A stretch of DNA of 64,000 bases from Azolla caroliniana (taxonomy: Eukaryota; Plantae; Polypodiophyta). A program made the translations under genes and the position numbers. Below are positions 13,790-29,720 of this stretch, one piece after another (positions within the stretch are counted from its first letter, which is position 1; each line of letters starts with the position of its first letter). The notes beneath the pieces were generated by a model. The model saw nothing but the letters and a program-made list of their open reading frames with translations. It did not search any database and had not been told where the DNA came from. The stretch is from the NCBI GenBank assembly GCA_043228905.1, contig JBHGNT010000056.1, forward strand, positions 1 through 64,000, given 5' to 3'.

Positions 13790-16700
13790 TTAAAAATCTT
13801 GATTTTTTAATACTATATCATAACTAGCCTTGTTAGCTTCGATTTGCATGTTTGAACACAGAAATCCGATATCACACGAGCCAGGTATGACCATTTTAAT
13901 TTACTCACACGCTCTTCTCAACTCCCTCCTCAAATATGCTAATTTCTTCATGTCTCTTGACCTGAGTTTCAAAATCTCGATTTTTTAATTCTATATCATA
14001 GCTAGCCTTGTTAGCTTCGATTTGCATGTTTGAACACAGAAATCCGATATCACACGAGCCAGGTATGACCATTTTAATTTACTCACTGGCTCTTCTCAAC
14101 TCCCTCCTCAAATATGCTAATTTCCTCAATTCTCTCGACCTGAGTTTCAAAATCTCGATTTTTTAATTCTATATCATAGCTAGCCTTGTTAGTTTCGATT
14201 CGCATGTTTGAACACAGAAATCCGATATCACACGAGCCAGGTATGACCATTTTAATTTACTCACTGGCTCTTCTCAACTCCCTCCTCAAATATGCTAATT
14301 TCTTCATGTCTCTCGACCTGAGTTTCAAAATCTCGATTTTTTTATTCAATATCATAGCTAGCCTTGTTAGTTTCGATTCGCATGTTTGAACACTGAAATC
14401 CGATATCACACGAGCCAGGTATGACCATTTTAATTTACTCACACGCTCTTCTCAACTCCCTCCTCAAATATGCTAATTTCTTCATGTCTCTCGACCTAAG
14501 TTTCAAAATCTCGATTTTTTAATTCTATATCATAGCTAGCCTTGTTAGCTTCGATTCGCATGTTTGAACACAGAAATCCGATATCACACGAGCCAGGTAT
14601 GACCATTTTAATTTACACACACGCTCTTCTCAACTCCCTCCTCAAATATGCTAATTTCTTCATGTCTCTCGACCTGAGTTTCAAAATCTCGATTTTTTAA
14701 TTCTATATCATAGCTAGCCTTGTTAGTTTCGATTCGCATGTTTGAACACAGAAATCCGATATCACACGAGCCAGGTATGACCATTTTAATTTACTCACAC
14801 GCTCTTCTCAACTCCCTCCTCAAATATGCTAATTTCTTCATGTCTCTCGACCTAAGTTTCAAAATCTCGATTTTTTAATTCTATATCATAGCTAGCCTTG
14901 TTAGCTTCGATTCGCATGTTTGAACACAGAAATCCGATATCACACGAGCCAGGTATGACCAATTTAATTTACTCACTGGCTCTTCTCAACTCCCTCCTCA
15001 AATATGCTAATTTCTTCATGTCTCTCGACCTGAGTTTCAAAATCTCGATTTTTTAATTCTATATCATAGCTAGCCTTGTTAGTTTCGATTCGCATGTTTG
15101 AACACAGAAATCCGATATCACACGAGCCAGGTATGACCATTTTAATTTACTCACACGCTCTTCTCAACTCCCTCCTCAAATATGCTAATTTCTTCATGTC
15201 TCTCGACCTAAGTTTCAAAATCTCGATTTTTTAATTCTATATCATAGCTAGCCTTGTTAGCTTCGATTCGCATGTTTGAACACAGAAATCCGATATCACA
15301 CGAGCCAGCTATGACCATTTTAATTTACACACACGCTCTTCTCAACTCCCTCCTCAAATATGCTAATTTCTTCATGTCTCTCGACCTGAGTTTCAAAATC
15401 TCGATTTTTTAATTCTATATCATAGCTAGCCTTGTTAGCTTCGATTCGCATGTTTGAACACAGAAATCCGATATCACACGAGCCAGGTATGACCATTTTA
15501 ATTTACTCACTGGCTCTTCTCAACTCCCTCCTCAAATATGCTAATTTCCTCATGTCTCTCGACCTGAGTTTCAAAATCACGATTTTTTAATTCTATATCA
15601 TAGCTAGCCTTGTTAGATTCGATTCGCATGTTTGAACACAGAAATCCGATATCACACGAGCCAGGTATGACCATTTTAATTTACTCACTGGCTCTTCTCA
15701 ACTCCCTCCTCAAATATGCTAATTTCTTCATGTCTCTCGACCTGAGTTTCAAAATCTCGATTTTTTTATTCTATATCATAGCTAGCCTTGTTAGATTCGA
15801 TTCGCATGTTTGAACACAGAAATCCGATATCACACGAGCCAGGTATGACCATTTTAATTTACACACACGCTCTTCTCAACTCCCTCCTCAAATATGCTAA
15901 TTTCTTCATGTCTCTCGACCTGAGTTTAAAAATCTTGATTTTTTAATACTATATCATAACTAGCCTTGTTAGCTTCGATTTGCATGTTTGAACACAGAAA
16001 TCCGATATCACACGAGCCAGGTATGACCATTTTAATTTACTCACACGCTCTTCTCAACTCCCTCCTCAAATATGCTAATTTCTTCATGTCTCTTGACCTG
16101 AGTTTCAAAATCTCGATTTTTTAATTCTATATCATAGCTAGCCTTGTTAGCTTCGATTTGCATGTTTGAACACAGAAATCCGATATCACACGAGCCAGGT
16201 ATGACCATTTTAATTTACTCACTGGCTCTTCTCAACTCCCTCCTCAAATATGCTAATTTCCTCAATTCTCTCGACCTGAGTTTCAAAATCTCGATTTTTT
16301 AATTCTATATCATAGCTAGCCTTGTTAGTTTCGATTCGCATGTTTGAACACAGAAATCCGATATCACACGAGCCAGGTATGACCATTTTAATTTACTCAC
16401 TGGCTCTTCTCAACTCCCTCCTCAAATATGCTAATTTCTTCATGTCTCTCGACCTGAGTTTCAAAATCTCGATTTTTTTATTCAATATCATAGCTAGCCT
16501 TGTTAGTTTCGATTCGCATGTTTGAACACTGAAATCCGATATCACACGAGCCAGGTATGACCATTTTAATTTACTCACACGCTCTTCTCAACTCCCTCCT
16601 CAAATATGCTAATTTCTTCATGTCTCTCGACCTAAGTTTCAAAATCTCGATTTTTTAATTCTATATCATAGCTAGCCTTGTTAGCTTCGATTCGCATGTT

Positions 16701-19700
16701 TGAACACAGAAATCCGATATCACACGAGCCAGGTATGACCATTTTAATTTACACACACGCTCTTCTCAACTCCCTCCTCAAATATGCTAATTTCTTCATG
16801 TCTCTCGACCTGAGTTTCAAAATCTCGATTTTTTAATTCTATATCATAGCTAGCCTTGTTAGTTTCGATTCGCATGTTTGAACACAGAAATCCGATATCA
16901 CACGAGCCAGGTATGACCATTTTAATTTACTCACACGCTCTTCTCAACTCCCTCCTCAAATATGCTAATTTCTTCATGTCTCTCGACCTAAGTTTCAAAA
17001 TCTCGATTTTTTAATTCTATATCATAGCTAGCCTTGTTAGCTTCGATTCGCATGTTTGAACACAGAAATCCGATATCACACGAGCCAGGTATGACCAATT
17101 TAATTTACTCACTGGCTCTTCTCAACTCCCTCCTCAAATATGCTAATTTCTTCATGTCTCTCGACCTGAGTTTCAAAATCTCGATTTTTTAATTCTATAT
17201 CATAGCTAGCCTTGTTAGTTTCGATTCGCATGTTTGAACACAGAAATCCGATATCACACGAGCCAGGTATGACCATTTTAATTTACTCACACGCTCTTCT
17301 CAACTCCCTCCTCAAATATGCTAATTTCTTCATGTCTCTCTACCTAAGTTTCAAAATCTCGATTTTTTAATTCTATATCATAGCTAGCCTTGTTAGCTTC
17401 GATTCGCATGTTTGAACACAGAAATCCGATATCACACGAGCCAGCTATGACCATTTTAATTTACACACACGCTCTTCTCAACTCCCTCCTCAAATATGCT
17501 AATTTCTTCATGTCTCTCGACCTGAGTTTCAAAATCTCGATTTTTTAATTCTATATCATAGCTAGCCTTGTTAGCTTCGATTCGCATGTTTGAACACAGA
17601 AATCCGATATCACACGAGCCAGGTATGACCATTTTAATTTACTCACTGGCTCTTCTCAACTCCCTCCTCAAATATGCTAATTTCCTCATGTCTCTCGACC
17701 TGAGTTTCAAAATCACGATTTTTTAATTCTATATCATAGCTAGCCTTGTTAGATTCGATTCGCATGTTTGAACACAGAAATCCGATATCACACGAGCCAG
17801 GTATGACCATTTTAATTTACTCACTGGCTCTTCTCAACTCCCTCCTCAAATATGCTAATTTCCTCATGTCTCTCGACCTGAGTTTCAAAATCTCGATTTT
17901 TTAATTCTATATCATAGCTAGCCTTGTTAGTTTTGATTCGCATGTTTGAACACAGAAATCCGATATCACACGAGCCAGGTATGACCATTTTAATTTACTC
18001 ACTCGCTCTTCTCAACTCCTTCCTCCAACATGCTAATTTCTTCATGTCTTTCGACGTCAGTTTCAAAAACTTGATTTTTTAATTTTATATCATAGCTATA
18101 CTTGTTAGCTTCGATTTGCATGTTTGAACACAGAAATCCGATATCACACGAGCCAGGTATGACCATTTTAATTTACTCACTGGCTCTTCTCAACTCCCTC
18201 CTCAAATATGCTAATTTCCTCATGTCTCTCGACCTGAGTTTCAAAATCACGATTTTTTAATTCTATATCATAGCTAGCCTTGTTAGTTTCGATTCGCATG
18301 TTTGAACACAGAAATCCGATATCACACGAGCCAGGTATGACCATTTTAATTTACTCACTGGCTCTTCTCAACTCCCTCCTCAAATATGCTAATTTCTTCA
18401 TGTCTCTCGACCTGAGTTTCAAAATCTCGATTTTTTTATTCTATATCATAGCTAGCCTTGTTAGTTTCGATTCGCATGTTTGAACACAGAAATCCGATAT
18501 CACACGAGCCAGGTATGACCATTTTAATTTACTCACACGCTCTTCTCAACTCCCTCCTCAAATATGCTAATTTCTTCATGTCTCTCGACCTAAGTTTCAA
18601 AATCTCGATTTTTTAATTCTATATCATAGCTAGCCTTGTTAGCTTCGATTCGCATGTTTGAACACAGAAATCCGATATCACACGAGCCAGCTATGACCAT
18701 TTTAATTTACACACACGCTCTTCTCAACTCCCTCCTCAAATATGCTAATTTCTTCATGTCTCTCGACCTGAGTTTCAAAATCTCGATTTTTTAATTCTAT
18801 ATCATAGCTAGCCTTGTTAGCTTCGATTCGCATGTTTGAACACAGAAATCCGATATCACACGAGCCAGGTATGACCATTTTAATTTACTCACTGGCTCTT
18901 CTCAACTCCCTCCTCAAATATGCTAATTTCCTCATGTCTCTCGACCTGAGTTTCAAAATCACGATTTTTTAATTCTATATCATAGCTAGCCTTGTTAGAT
19001 TCGATTCGCATGTTTGAACACAGAAATCCGATATCACACGAGCCAGGTATGACCATTTTAATTTACACACACGCTCTTCTCAACTCCCTCCTCAAATATG
19101 CTAATTTCTTCATGTCTCTCGACCTGAGTTTAAAAATCTTGATTTTTTAATACTATATCATAACTAGCCTTGTTAGCTTCGATTTGCATGTTTGAACACA
19201 GAAATCCGATATCACACGAGCCAGGTATGACCATTTTAATTTACTCACACGCTCTTCTCAACTCCCTCCTCAAATATGCTAATTTCTTCATGTCTCTTGA
19301 CCTGAGTTTCAAAATCTCGATTTTTTAATTCTATATCATAGCTAGCCTTGTTAGCTTCGATTTGCATGTTTGAACACAGAAATCCGATATCACACGAGCC
19401 AGGTATGACCATTTTAATTTACTCACTGGCTCTTCTCAACTCCCTCCTCAAATATGCTAATTTCCTCAATTCTCTCGACCTGAGTTTCAAAATCTCGATT
19501 TTTTAATTCTATATCATAGCTAGCCTTGTTAGTTTCGATTCGCATGTTTGAACACAGAAATCCGATATCACACGAGCCAGGTATGACCATTTTAATTTAC
19601 TCACTGGCTCTTCTCAACTCCCTCCTCAAATATGCTAATTTCTTCATGTCTCTCGACCTGAGTTTCAAAATCTCGATTTTTTTATTCAATATCATAGCTA

Positions 19701-21790
19701 GCCTTGTTAGTTTCGATTCGCATGTTTGAACACTGAAATCCGATATCACACGAGCCAGGTATGACCATTTTAATTTACTCACACGCTCTTCTCAACTCCC
19801 TCCTCAAATATGCTAATTTCTTCATGTCTCTCGACCTAAGTTTCAAAATCTCGATTTTTTAATTCTATATCATAGCTAGCCTTGTTAGCTTCGATTCGCA
19901 TGTTTGAACACAGAAATCCGATATCACACGAGCCAGGTATGACCATTTTAATTTACACACACGCTCTTCTCAACTCCCTCCTCAAATATGCTAATTTCTT
20001 CATGTCTCTCGACCTGAGTTTCAAAATCTCGATTTTTTAATTCTATATCATAGCTAGCCTTGTTAGTTTCGATTCGCATGTTTGAACACAGAAATCCGAT
20101 ATCACACGAGCCAGGTATGACCATTTTAATTTACTCACACGCTCTTCTCAACTCCCTCCTCAAATATGCTAATTTCTTCATGTCTCTCGACCTAAGTTTC
20201 AAAATCTCGATTTTTTAATTCTATATCATAGCTAGCCTTGTTAGCTTCGATTCGCATGTTTGAACACAGAAATCCGATATCACACGAGCCAGGTATGACC
20301 AATTTAATTTACTCACTGGCTCTTCTCAACTCCCTCCTCAAATATGCTAATTTCTTCATGTCTCTCGACCTGAGTTTCAAAATCTCGATTTTTTAATTCT
20401 ATATCATAGCTAGCCTTGTTAGTTTCGATTCGCATGTTTGAACACAGAAATCCGATATCACACGAGCCAGGTATGACCATTTTAATTTACTCACACGCTC
20501 TTCTCAACTCCCTCCTCAAATATGCTAATTTCTTCATGTCTCTCGACCTAAGTTTCAAAATCTCGATTTTTTAATTCTATATCATAGCTAGCCTTGTTAG
20601 CTTCGATTCGCATGTTTGAACACAGAAATCCGATATCACACGAGCCAGCTATGACCATTTTAATTTACACACACGCTCTTCTCAACTCCCTCCTCAAATA
20701 TGCTAATTTCTTCATGTCTCTCGACCTGAGTTTCAAAATCTCGATTTTTTAATTCTATATCATAGCTAGCCTTGTTAGCTTCGATTCGCATGTTTGAACA
20801 CAGAAATCCGATATCACACGAGCCAGGTATGACCATTTTAATTTACTCACTGGCTCTTCTCAACTCCCTCCTCAAATATGCTAATTTCCTCATGTCTCTC
20901 GACCTGAGTTTCAAAATCACGATTTTTTAATTCTATATCATAGCTAGCCTTGTTAGATTCGATTCGCATGTTTGAACACAGAAATCCGATATCACACGAG
21001 CCAGGTATGACCATTTTAATTTACTCACTGGCTCTTCTCAACTCCCTCCTCAAATATGCTAATTTCCTCATGTCTCTCGACCTGAGTTTCAAAATCTCGA
21101 TTTTTTAATTCTATATCATAGCTAGCCTTGTTAGTTTTGATTCGCATGTTTGAACACAGAAATCCGATATCACACGAGCCAGGTATGACCATTTTAATTT
21201 ACTCACTCGCTCTTCTCAACTCCTTCCTCCAACATGCTAATTTCTTCATGTCTTTCGACGTCAGTTTCAAAAACTTGATTTTTTAATTTTATATCATAGC
21301 TATACTTGTTAGCTTCGATTTGCATGTTTGAACACAGAAATCCGATATCACACGAGCCAGGTATGACCATTTTAATTTACTCACTGGCTCTTCTCAACTC
21401 CCTCCTCAAATATGCTAATTTCCTCATGTCTCTCGACCTGAGTTTCAAAATCACGATTTTTTAATTCTATATCATAGCTAGCCTTGTTAGTTTCGATTCG
21501 CATGTTTGAACACAGAAATCCGATATCACACGAGCCAGGTATGACCATTTTAATTTACTCACTGGCTCTTCTCAACTCCCTCCTCAAATATGCTAATTTC
21601 TTCATGTCTCTCGACCTGAGTTTCAAAATCTCGATTTTTTTATTCTATATCATAGCTAGCCTTGTTAGTTTCGATTCGCATGTTTGAACACAGAAATCCG
21701 ATATCACACGAGCCAGGTATGACCATTTTAATTTACTCACACGCTCTTCTCAACTCCCTCCTCAAATATGCTAATTTCTTCATGTCTCTC
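13790..21790. repeat. 12-mer (2136 bp) followed by 18-mer (3204 bp) higher-order repeat, three related copies
   Basis: The TAAAAATCTT...TAACTAGCC monomer occurs at 13791, 15927 and 19131. ORFs at 14186/16322/19526 and 18280/21484 give offsets of 2136 and 3204. Confidence 0.92.
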
Positions 21791-24700
21791 GACCTGAGTT
21801 TCAAAATCTTGATTTTTTAATACTATATCATAACTAGCCTTGTTAGCTTCGATTTGCATGTTTGAACACAGAAATCCGATATCACACGAGCCAGGTATGA
21901 CCATTTTAATTTACTCACTCGCTCTTCTCAACTCCCTCCTCAAATATGCTAATTTCTTCATGTCTCTCGACCTGAGTTTCAAAATCTCGATTTTTTAATT
22001 CTATATCATAGCTAGCCGTGTTAGCTTCGATTTGCATGTTTGAACACAGAAATCCGATATCACACGAGCCAGGTATGACCAATTTAATTTACTCACTGGC
22101 TCTTCTCAACTCCCTCCTCAAATATGCTAATTTCTTCATGTCTCTCGACCTGAGTTTCAAAATCTCGATTTTTTTATTCTATATCATAGCTAGCCTTGTT
22201 AGTTTCGATTCGCATGTTTGAACACAGAAATCCGATATCACACGAGCCAGGTATGACCATTTTAATTTACTCACACGCTCTTCTCAACTCCCTCCTCAAA
22301 TATGCTAATTTCTTCATGTCTCTCGACCTGAGTTTCAAAATCTTGATTTTTTAATACTATATCATAGCTAGCCTTGTTAGTTTCGATTCGCATGTTTGAA
22401 CACAGAAATCCGATATCACACGAGCCAGGTATGACCAATTTAATTTACTCACTGGCTCTTCTCAACTCCCTCCTCAAATATGCTAATTTCTTCATGTCTC
22501 TCGACCTGAGTTTCAAAATCTCGATTTTTTTATTCTATATCATAGCTAGCCTTGTTAGTTTTGATTCGCATGTTTGAACACAGAAATCCGATATCACACG
22601 AGCCAGGTATGACCATTTTAATTTACTCACACGCTCTTCTCAACTCCCTCCTCAAATATGCTAATTTCTTCATGTCTCTCGACCTGAGTTTCAAAATCTC
22701 GATTTTTTTATTCTATATCATAGCTAGCCTTGTTAGTTTCGATTCGCATGTTTGAACACAGAAATCCGATATCACACGAGCCAGGTATGACCATTTTAAT
22801 TTACTCACACGCTCTTCTCAACTCCCTCCTCAAATATGCTAATTTCTTCATGTCTCTCGACCTGAGTTTCAAAATCTCGATTTTTTTATTCTATATCATA
22901 GCTAGCCTTGTTAGTTTCGATTCGCATGTTTGAACACAGAAATCCGATATCACACGAGCCAGGTATGACCATTTTAATTTACTCACACGCTCTTCTCAAC
23001 TCCCTCCTCAAATATGCTAATTTCTTCATGTCTCTCGACCTGAGTTTCAAAATCTCGATTTTTTAATTCTATATCATAGCTAGCCGTGTTAGCTTCGATT
23101 TGCATGTTTGAACACAGAAATCCGATATCACACGAGCCAGGTATGACCAATTTAATTTACTCACTGGCTCTTCTCAACTCCCTCCTCAAATATGCTAATT
23201 TCTTCATGTCTGTCGACCTGAGTTTCAAAATCTCGATTTTTTTATTCTATATCATAGCTAGCCTTGTTAGTTTCGATTCGCATGTTTGAACACAGAAATC
23301 CGATATCACACGAGCCAGGTATGACCATTTTAATTTACTCACACGCTCTTCTCAACTCCCTCCTCAAATATGCTAATTTCTTCATGTCTCTCGACCTGAG
23401 TTTCAAAATCTTGATTTTTTAATACTATATCATAACTAGCCTTGTTAGCTTCGATTTGCATGTTTGAACACAGAAATCCGATATCACACGAGCCAGGTAT
23501 GACCATTTTAATTTACTCACTAGCTCTTCTCAACTCCCTCCTCAAATATGCTAATTTCCTCAATTCTCTCGACCTGAGTTTCAAAATCTCGATTTTTTAA
23601 TTCTATATCATAGCTAGCCTTGTTAGTTTCGATTCGCATGTTTGAACACAGAAATCCGATATCACACGAGCCAGGTATGACCATTTTAATTTACTCACTC
23701 GCTCTTCTCAACTCCCTCCTCCAGCATGCTAATTTCCTCATGTCTTTCGACGTCAGTTTCGAAATCACGATTTTTTAAGTCTATATCATAGCTAGCCTTG
23801 TTAGTTTCTATTCGCATGTTTTAACACAGAAATCCGATATCACACGAGCCAGGTATGACCATTTTAATTTACTCACACGCTCTTCTCAACTCCCTCCTCA
23901 AATATGCTAATTTCTTCATGTCTCTCGACTTAAGTTTCAAAATCTCGATTTTTTAATTCTATATCATACCTAGCCTTGTTAGCTTCGATTCGCATGTTTG
24001 AACACAGAAATCCGATATCACACGAGCCAGGTATGACCATTTTAATTTACTCACTCGCTCTTCTCAACTCCCTCCTCAAATATGCTAATTTCCTCATGTC
24101 TTTCGACGTTAGTTTCGAAATCACGATTTTTTAAGTCTATATCATAGCTAGCCTTGTTAGTTTCGATTCGCATGTTTGAACACAGAAATCCGATATCACA
24201 CGAGCCAGGTATGACCATTTTAATTTACTCACTGACTCTTCTCAACTCCCTCCTCAAATATGCTAATTTCCTCATGTCTCTCGACCTGAGTTTCAAAAAC
24301 TTGATTTTTTAATTTTATATCATAGCTATCCTTGTTAGTTTCGATTCGCATGTTTGAACACAGAAATCCGATATCACACGAGCCAGGTATGACCATTTTA
24401 ATTTACTCACTGGCTCTTCTCAACTCCCTCCTCAAATATGCTAATTTCCTCATGTCTCTCGACCTGAGTTTCAAAATCTCGAGTTTTTAATTCTATATCA
24501 TAGCTAGCCTTGTTAGTTTCGATTCGCATGTTTGAACACAGAAATCCGATATCACACGAGCCAGGTATGACCATTTTAATTTACTCACTCGCTCTTCTCA
24601 ACTCCCTCCTCCAGCATGCTAATTTCCTCATGTCTTTCGACGTCAGTTTCGAAATCACGATTTTTTAAGTCTATATCATAGCTAGCCTTGTTAGTTTCGA

Positions 24701-26163
24701 TTCGCATGTTTTAACACAGAAATCCGATATCACACGAGCCAGGTATGACCATTTTAATTTACTCACACGCTCTTCTCAACTCCCTCCTCAAATATGCTAA
24801 TTTCTTCATGTCTCTCGACCTAAGTTTCAAAATCTCGATTTTTTAATTCTATATCATAGCTAGCCTTGTTAGCTTCGATTCGCATGTTTGAACACAGAAA
24901 TCCGATATCACACGAGCCAGGTATGACCATTTTAATTTACACACACGCTCTTCTCAACTCCCTCCTCAAATATGCTAATTTCTTCATGTCTCTCGACCTG
25001 AGTTTCAAAATCTCGATTTTTTAATTCTATATCATAGCTAGCCTTGTTAGCTTCGATTTGCATGTTTGAACACAGAAATCCGATATCACACGAGCCAGGT
25101 ATGACCATTTTAATTTACTCACTCGCTCTTCTCAACTCCCTCCTCAAATATGCTAATTTCCTCATGTCTTTCGACGTCAGTTTCGAAATCACGATTTTTT
25201 AAGTCTATATCATAGCTAGCCTTGTTAGTTTCGATTCGCATGTTTGAACACAGAAATCCGATATCACACGAGCCAGGTATGACCATTTTAATTTACTCAC
25301 TGACTCTTCTCAACTCCCTCCTCAAATATGCTAATTTCCTCATGTCTCTCGACCTGAGTTTCAAAATCTCGATTTTTTAATTCTATATCATAGCTAGCCT
25401 TGTTAGTTTCGATTCGCATGTTTGAACACAGAAATCCGATATCACACGAGCCAGGTATGACCATTTTAATTTACTCACTCGCTCTTCTCAACTCCCTCCT
25501 CAAATATGCTAATTTCTTCATGTCTCTCGACCTGAGTTTCAAAATCTCGATTTTTTAATTCTATATCATAGCTAGCCGTGTTAGCTTCGATTTACATGTT
25601 TGAACACAGAAATCCGATATCACACGAGCCAGGTATGACCAATTTAATTTACTCACTGGCTCTTCTCAACTCCCTCCTCAAATATGCTAATTTCCTCATG
25701 TCTCTCACCTGAGTTTCGAAATCTCGATTTTTTAATTCTATATCATAGCTAGCCTTGTTAGTTTCGATTCGCATGTTTGAACACAGAAATCCGATATCAC
25801 ACGAGCCAGGTATGACCATTTTAATTTACTCACACGCTCTTCTCAACTCCCTCCTCAAATATGCTAATTTCTTCATGTCTCTCGACCTGAGTTTCAAAAT
25901 CTCGATTTTTTAATTCTATATCATAGCTAGCCTTGTTAGCTTCGATTCGCATGTTTGAACACAGAAATCCGATATCACACGAGCCAGGTATTACCATTTT
26001 AATTTACACACACGCTCTTCTCAACTCCCTCCTCAAATATGCTAATTTCTTCATGTCTCTCGACCTGAGTTTCAAAATCTCGATTTTTTAATTCTATATC
26101 ATAGCTAGCCTTGTTAGCTTCGATTTGCATGTTTGAACACAGAAATCCGATATCACACGAGCC

Positions 26164-29060
26164 AGGTATGACCATTTTAATTTACTCACTGACTCTTCTC
26201 AACTCCCTCCTCAAATATGCTAATTTCTTCATGTCTCTCGACCTGAGTTTCAAAATCTCGATTTTTTAATTCTATATCATAGCTAGCCTTGTTAGCTTCG
26301 ATTTGCATGTTTGAACACAGAAATCCGATATCACACGAGCCAGGTATGACCATTTTAATTTACTCACTGACTCTTCTCAACTCCCTCATCAAATATGCTA
26401 ATTTCCTCATGTCTCTCACCTGAGTTTCAAAATCTCGATTTTTTAATTCTATATCATAGCTAGCCTTGTTAGCTTCGATTCGCATGTTTGAACACAGAAA
26501 TCCGATATCACACGAGCCAGGTATGACCATTTTAATTTACTCACTCGCTCTTCTCAACTCCCTCCTCCAGCATGCTAATTTCCTCATGTCTTTCGACGTC
26601 AGTTTCGAAATCACGATTTTTTAAGTCTATATCATAGCTAGCCTTGTTAGTTTCGATTCGCATGTTTGAACACAGAAATCCGATATCACACGAGCCAGGT
26701 ATGACCATTTTAATTTACTCACTGACTCTTCTCAACTCCCTCCTCAAATATGCTAATTTCTTCATGTCTCTCGACCTGAGTTTCAAAATCTTGATTTTTT
26801 AATTCTATATCACAGCTAGCCTTGTTAGCTTCGATTCGCATGTTTGAACACAGAAATCCGATATCACACGAGCCAGGTATGACCATTTTAATTTACACAC
26901 ACGCTCTTCTCAACTCCCTCCTCAAATATGCTAATTTCTTCATGTCTCTCGACCTGAGTTTCAACATCTCGATTTTTTAATTCTATATCATAGCTAGCCT
27001 TGTTAGCTTCGATTCGCATGTTTGAACACAGAAATCCGATATCACACGAGCCAGGTATGACCATTTTAATTTACTCACTCGCTCTTCTCAACTCCCTCCT
27101 CAAATATGCTAATTTCCTCATGTCTCTCGACCTGAGTTTCAAAATCTTGATTTTTTAATTCTATATCATAGCTAGCCTTGTTAGTTTCGATTCGCATGTT
27201 TGAACACAGAAATCCGATATCACACGAGCCAGGTATGACCATTTTAATTTACTCACTCGCTCTTCTCAACTCCCTCCTCAAATATGCTAATTTCTTCATG
27301 TCTCTCGACCTGAGTTTCAAAATCTCGATTTTTTAATTCTATATCATAGCTAGCCTTGTTAGCTTCGATTTGCATGTTTGAACACAGAAATCCGATATCA
27401 CACGAGCCAGGTATGACCATTTTAATTTACTCACTGACTCTTCTCAACTCCCTCCTCAAATATGCTAATTTCTTCATGTCTCTCGACCTGAGTTTCAAAA
27501 TCTCGATTTTTTAATTCTATATCATAGCTAGCCTTGTTAGCTTCGATTTGCATGTTTGAACACAGAAATCCGATATCACACGAGCCAGGTATGACCATTT
27601 TAATTTACTCACTGACTCTTCTCAACTCCCTCCTCAAATATGCTAATTTCTTCATGTCTCTCGACCTGAGTTTCAAAATCTCGATTTTTTAATTCTATAT
27701 CATAGCTAGCCTTGTTAGCTTCGATTTGCATGTTTGAACACAGAAATCCGATATCACACGAGCCAGGTATGACCATTTTAATTTACTCACTGACTCTTCT
27801 CAACTCCCTCATCAAATATGCTAATTTCCTCATGTCTCTCACCTGAGTTTCAAAATCTCGATTTTTTAATTCTATATCATAGCTAGCCTTGTTAGCTTCG
27901 ATTCGCATGTTTGAACACAGAAATCCGATATCACACGAGCCAGGTATGACCATTTTAATTTACTCACTCGCTCTTCTCAACTCCCTCCTCCAGCATGCTA
28001 ATTTCCTCATGTCTTTCGACGTCAGTTTCGAAATCACGATTTTTTAAGTCTATATCATAGCTAGCCTTGTTAGTTTCGATTCGCATGTTTGAACACAGAA
28101 ATCCGATATCACACGAGCCAGGTATGACCATTTTAATTTACTCACTGACTCTTCTCAACTCCCTCCTCAAATATGCTAATTTCTTCATGTCTCTCGACCT
28201 GAGTTTCAAAATCTTGATTTTTTAATTCTATATCATAGCTAGCCTTGTTAGCTTCGATTCGCATGTTTGAACACAGAAATCCGATATCACACGAGCCAGG
28301 TATGACCATTTTAATTTACACACACGCTCTTCTCAACTCCCTCCTCAAATATGCTAATTTCTTCATGTCTCTCGACCTGAGTTTCAACATCTCGATTTTT
28401 TAATTCTATATCATAGCTAGCCTTGTTAGCTTCGATTCGCATGTTTGAACACAGAAATCCGATATCACACGAGCCAGGTATGACCATTTTAATTTACTCA
28501 CTCGCTCTTCTCAACTCCCTCCTCAAATATGCTAATTTCCTCATGTCTCTCGACCTGAGTTTCAAAATCTTGATTTTTTAATTCTATATCATAGCTAGCC
28601 TTGTTAGTTTCGATTCGCATGTTTGAACACAGAAATCCGATATCACACGAGCCAGGTATGACCATTTTAATTTACTCACTCGCTCTTCTCAACTCCCTCC
28701 TCAAATATGCTAATTTCTTCATGTCTCTCGACCTGAGTTTCAAAATCTCGATTTTTTAATTCTATATCATAGCTAGCCTTGTTAGCTTCGATTTGCATGT
28801 TTGAACACAGAAATCCGATATCACACGAGCCAGGTATGACCATTTTAATTTACTCACTGACTCTTCTCAACTCCCTCATCAAATATGCTAATTTCCTCAT
28901 GTCTCTCACCTGAGTTTCAAAATCTCGATTTTTTAATTCTATATCATAGCTAGCCTTGTTAGCTTCGATTCGCATGTTTGAACACAGAAATCCGATATCA
29001 CACGAGCCAGGTATGACCATTTTAATTTACTCACTCGCTCTTCTCAACTCCCTCCTCCAG
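26164..29060. repeat. 8-mer and 6-mer higher-order repeats built on a 177-bp deletion monomer
   Basis: The CCCTCATC...TCTCACC monomer occurs at 26418, 27841 (+1423 = 8x178-1) and 28908 (+1067 = 6x178-1). The TTTCAACATC variant recurs in step. Confidence 0.88.
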
Positions 29061-29720
29061 CATGCTAATTTCCTCATGTCTTTCGACTTCAGTTTCAAAA
29101 ACTTGATTTTTTAATTTTATATCATAGCTATCCTTGTTAGCTTCGATTTGCATGTTTGAACACAGAAATCCGATATCACACGAGCCAGGTATGACCATTT
29201 TAATTTACTCACTGGCTCTTCTCAACTCCCTCCTCAAATATGCTAGTTTCCTCATGTCTCTCGACCTGAGTTTCAAAATCACGATTTTTTAATTCTATAT
29301 CATAGCTAGCCTTGTTAGTTTCGATTCGCATGTTTGAACACAGAAATCCGATATCACACGAGCCACGTATGACCATTTTAATTTACTCACTGGCTCTTCT
29401 CAACTCCCTCCTCAAATATGCTAATTTCTTCATGTCTCTCGACCTGAGTTTCAAAATCTCGATTTTTTTATTCTATATCATAGCTAGCCTTGTTAGTTTC
29501 GATTCGCATGTTTGAACACAGAAATCCGATATCACACGAGCCAGGTATGACCATTTTAATTTACTCACACGCTCTTCTCAACTCCCTCCTCAAATATGCT
29601 AATTTCTTCATGTCTCTCGACCTGAGTTTCAAAATCTCGATTTTTTAATTCTATATCATAGCTAGCCTTGTTAGCTTCGATTTGCATGTTTGAACACAGA
29701 AATCCGATATCACACGAGCC

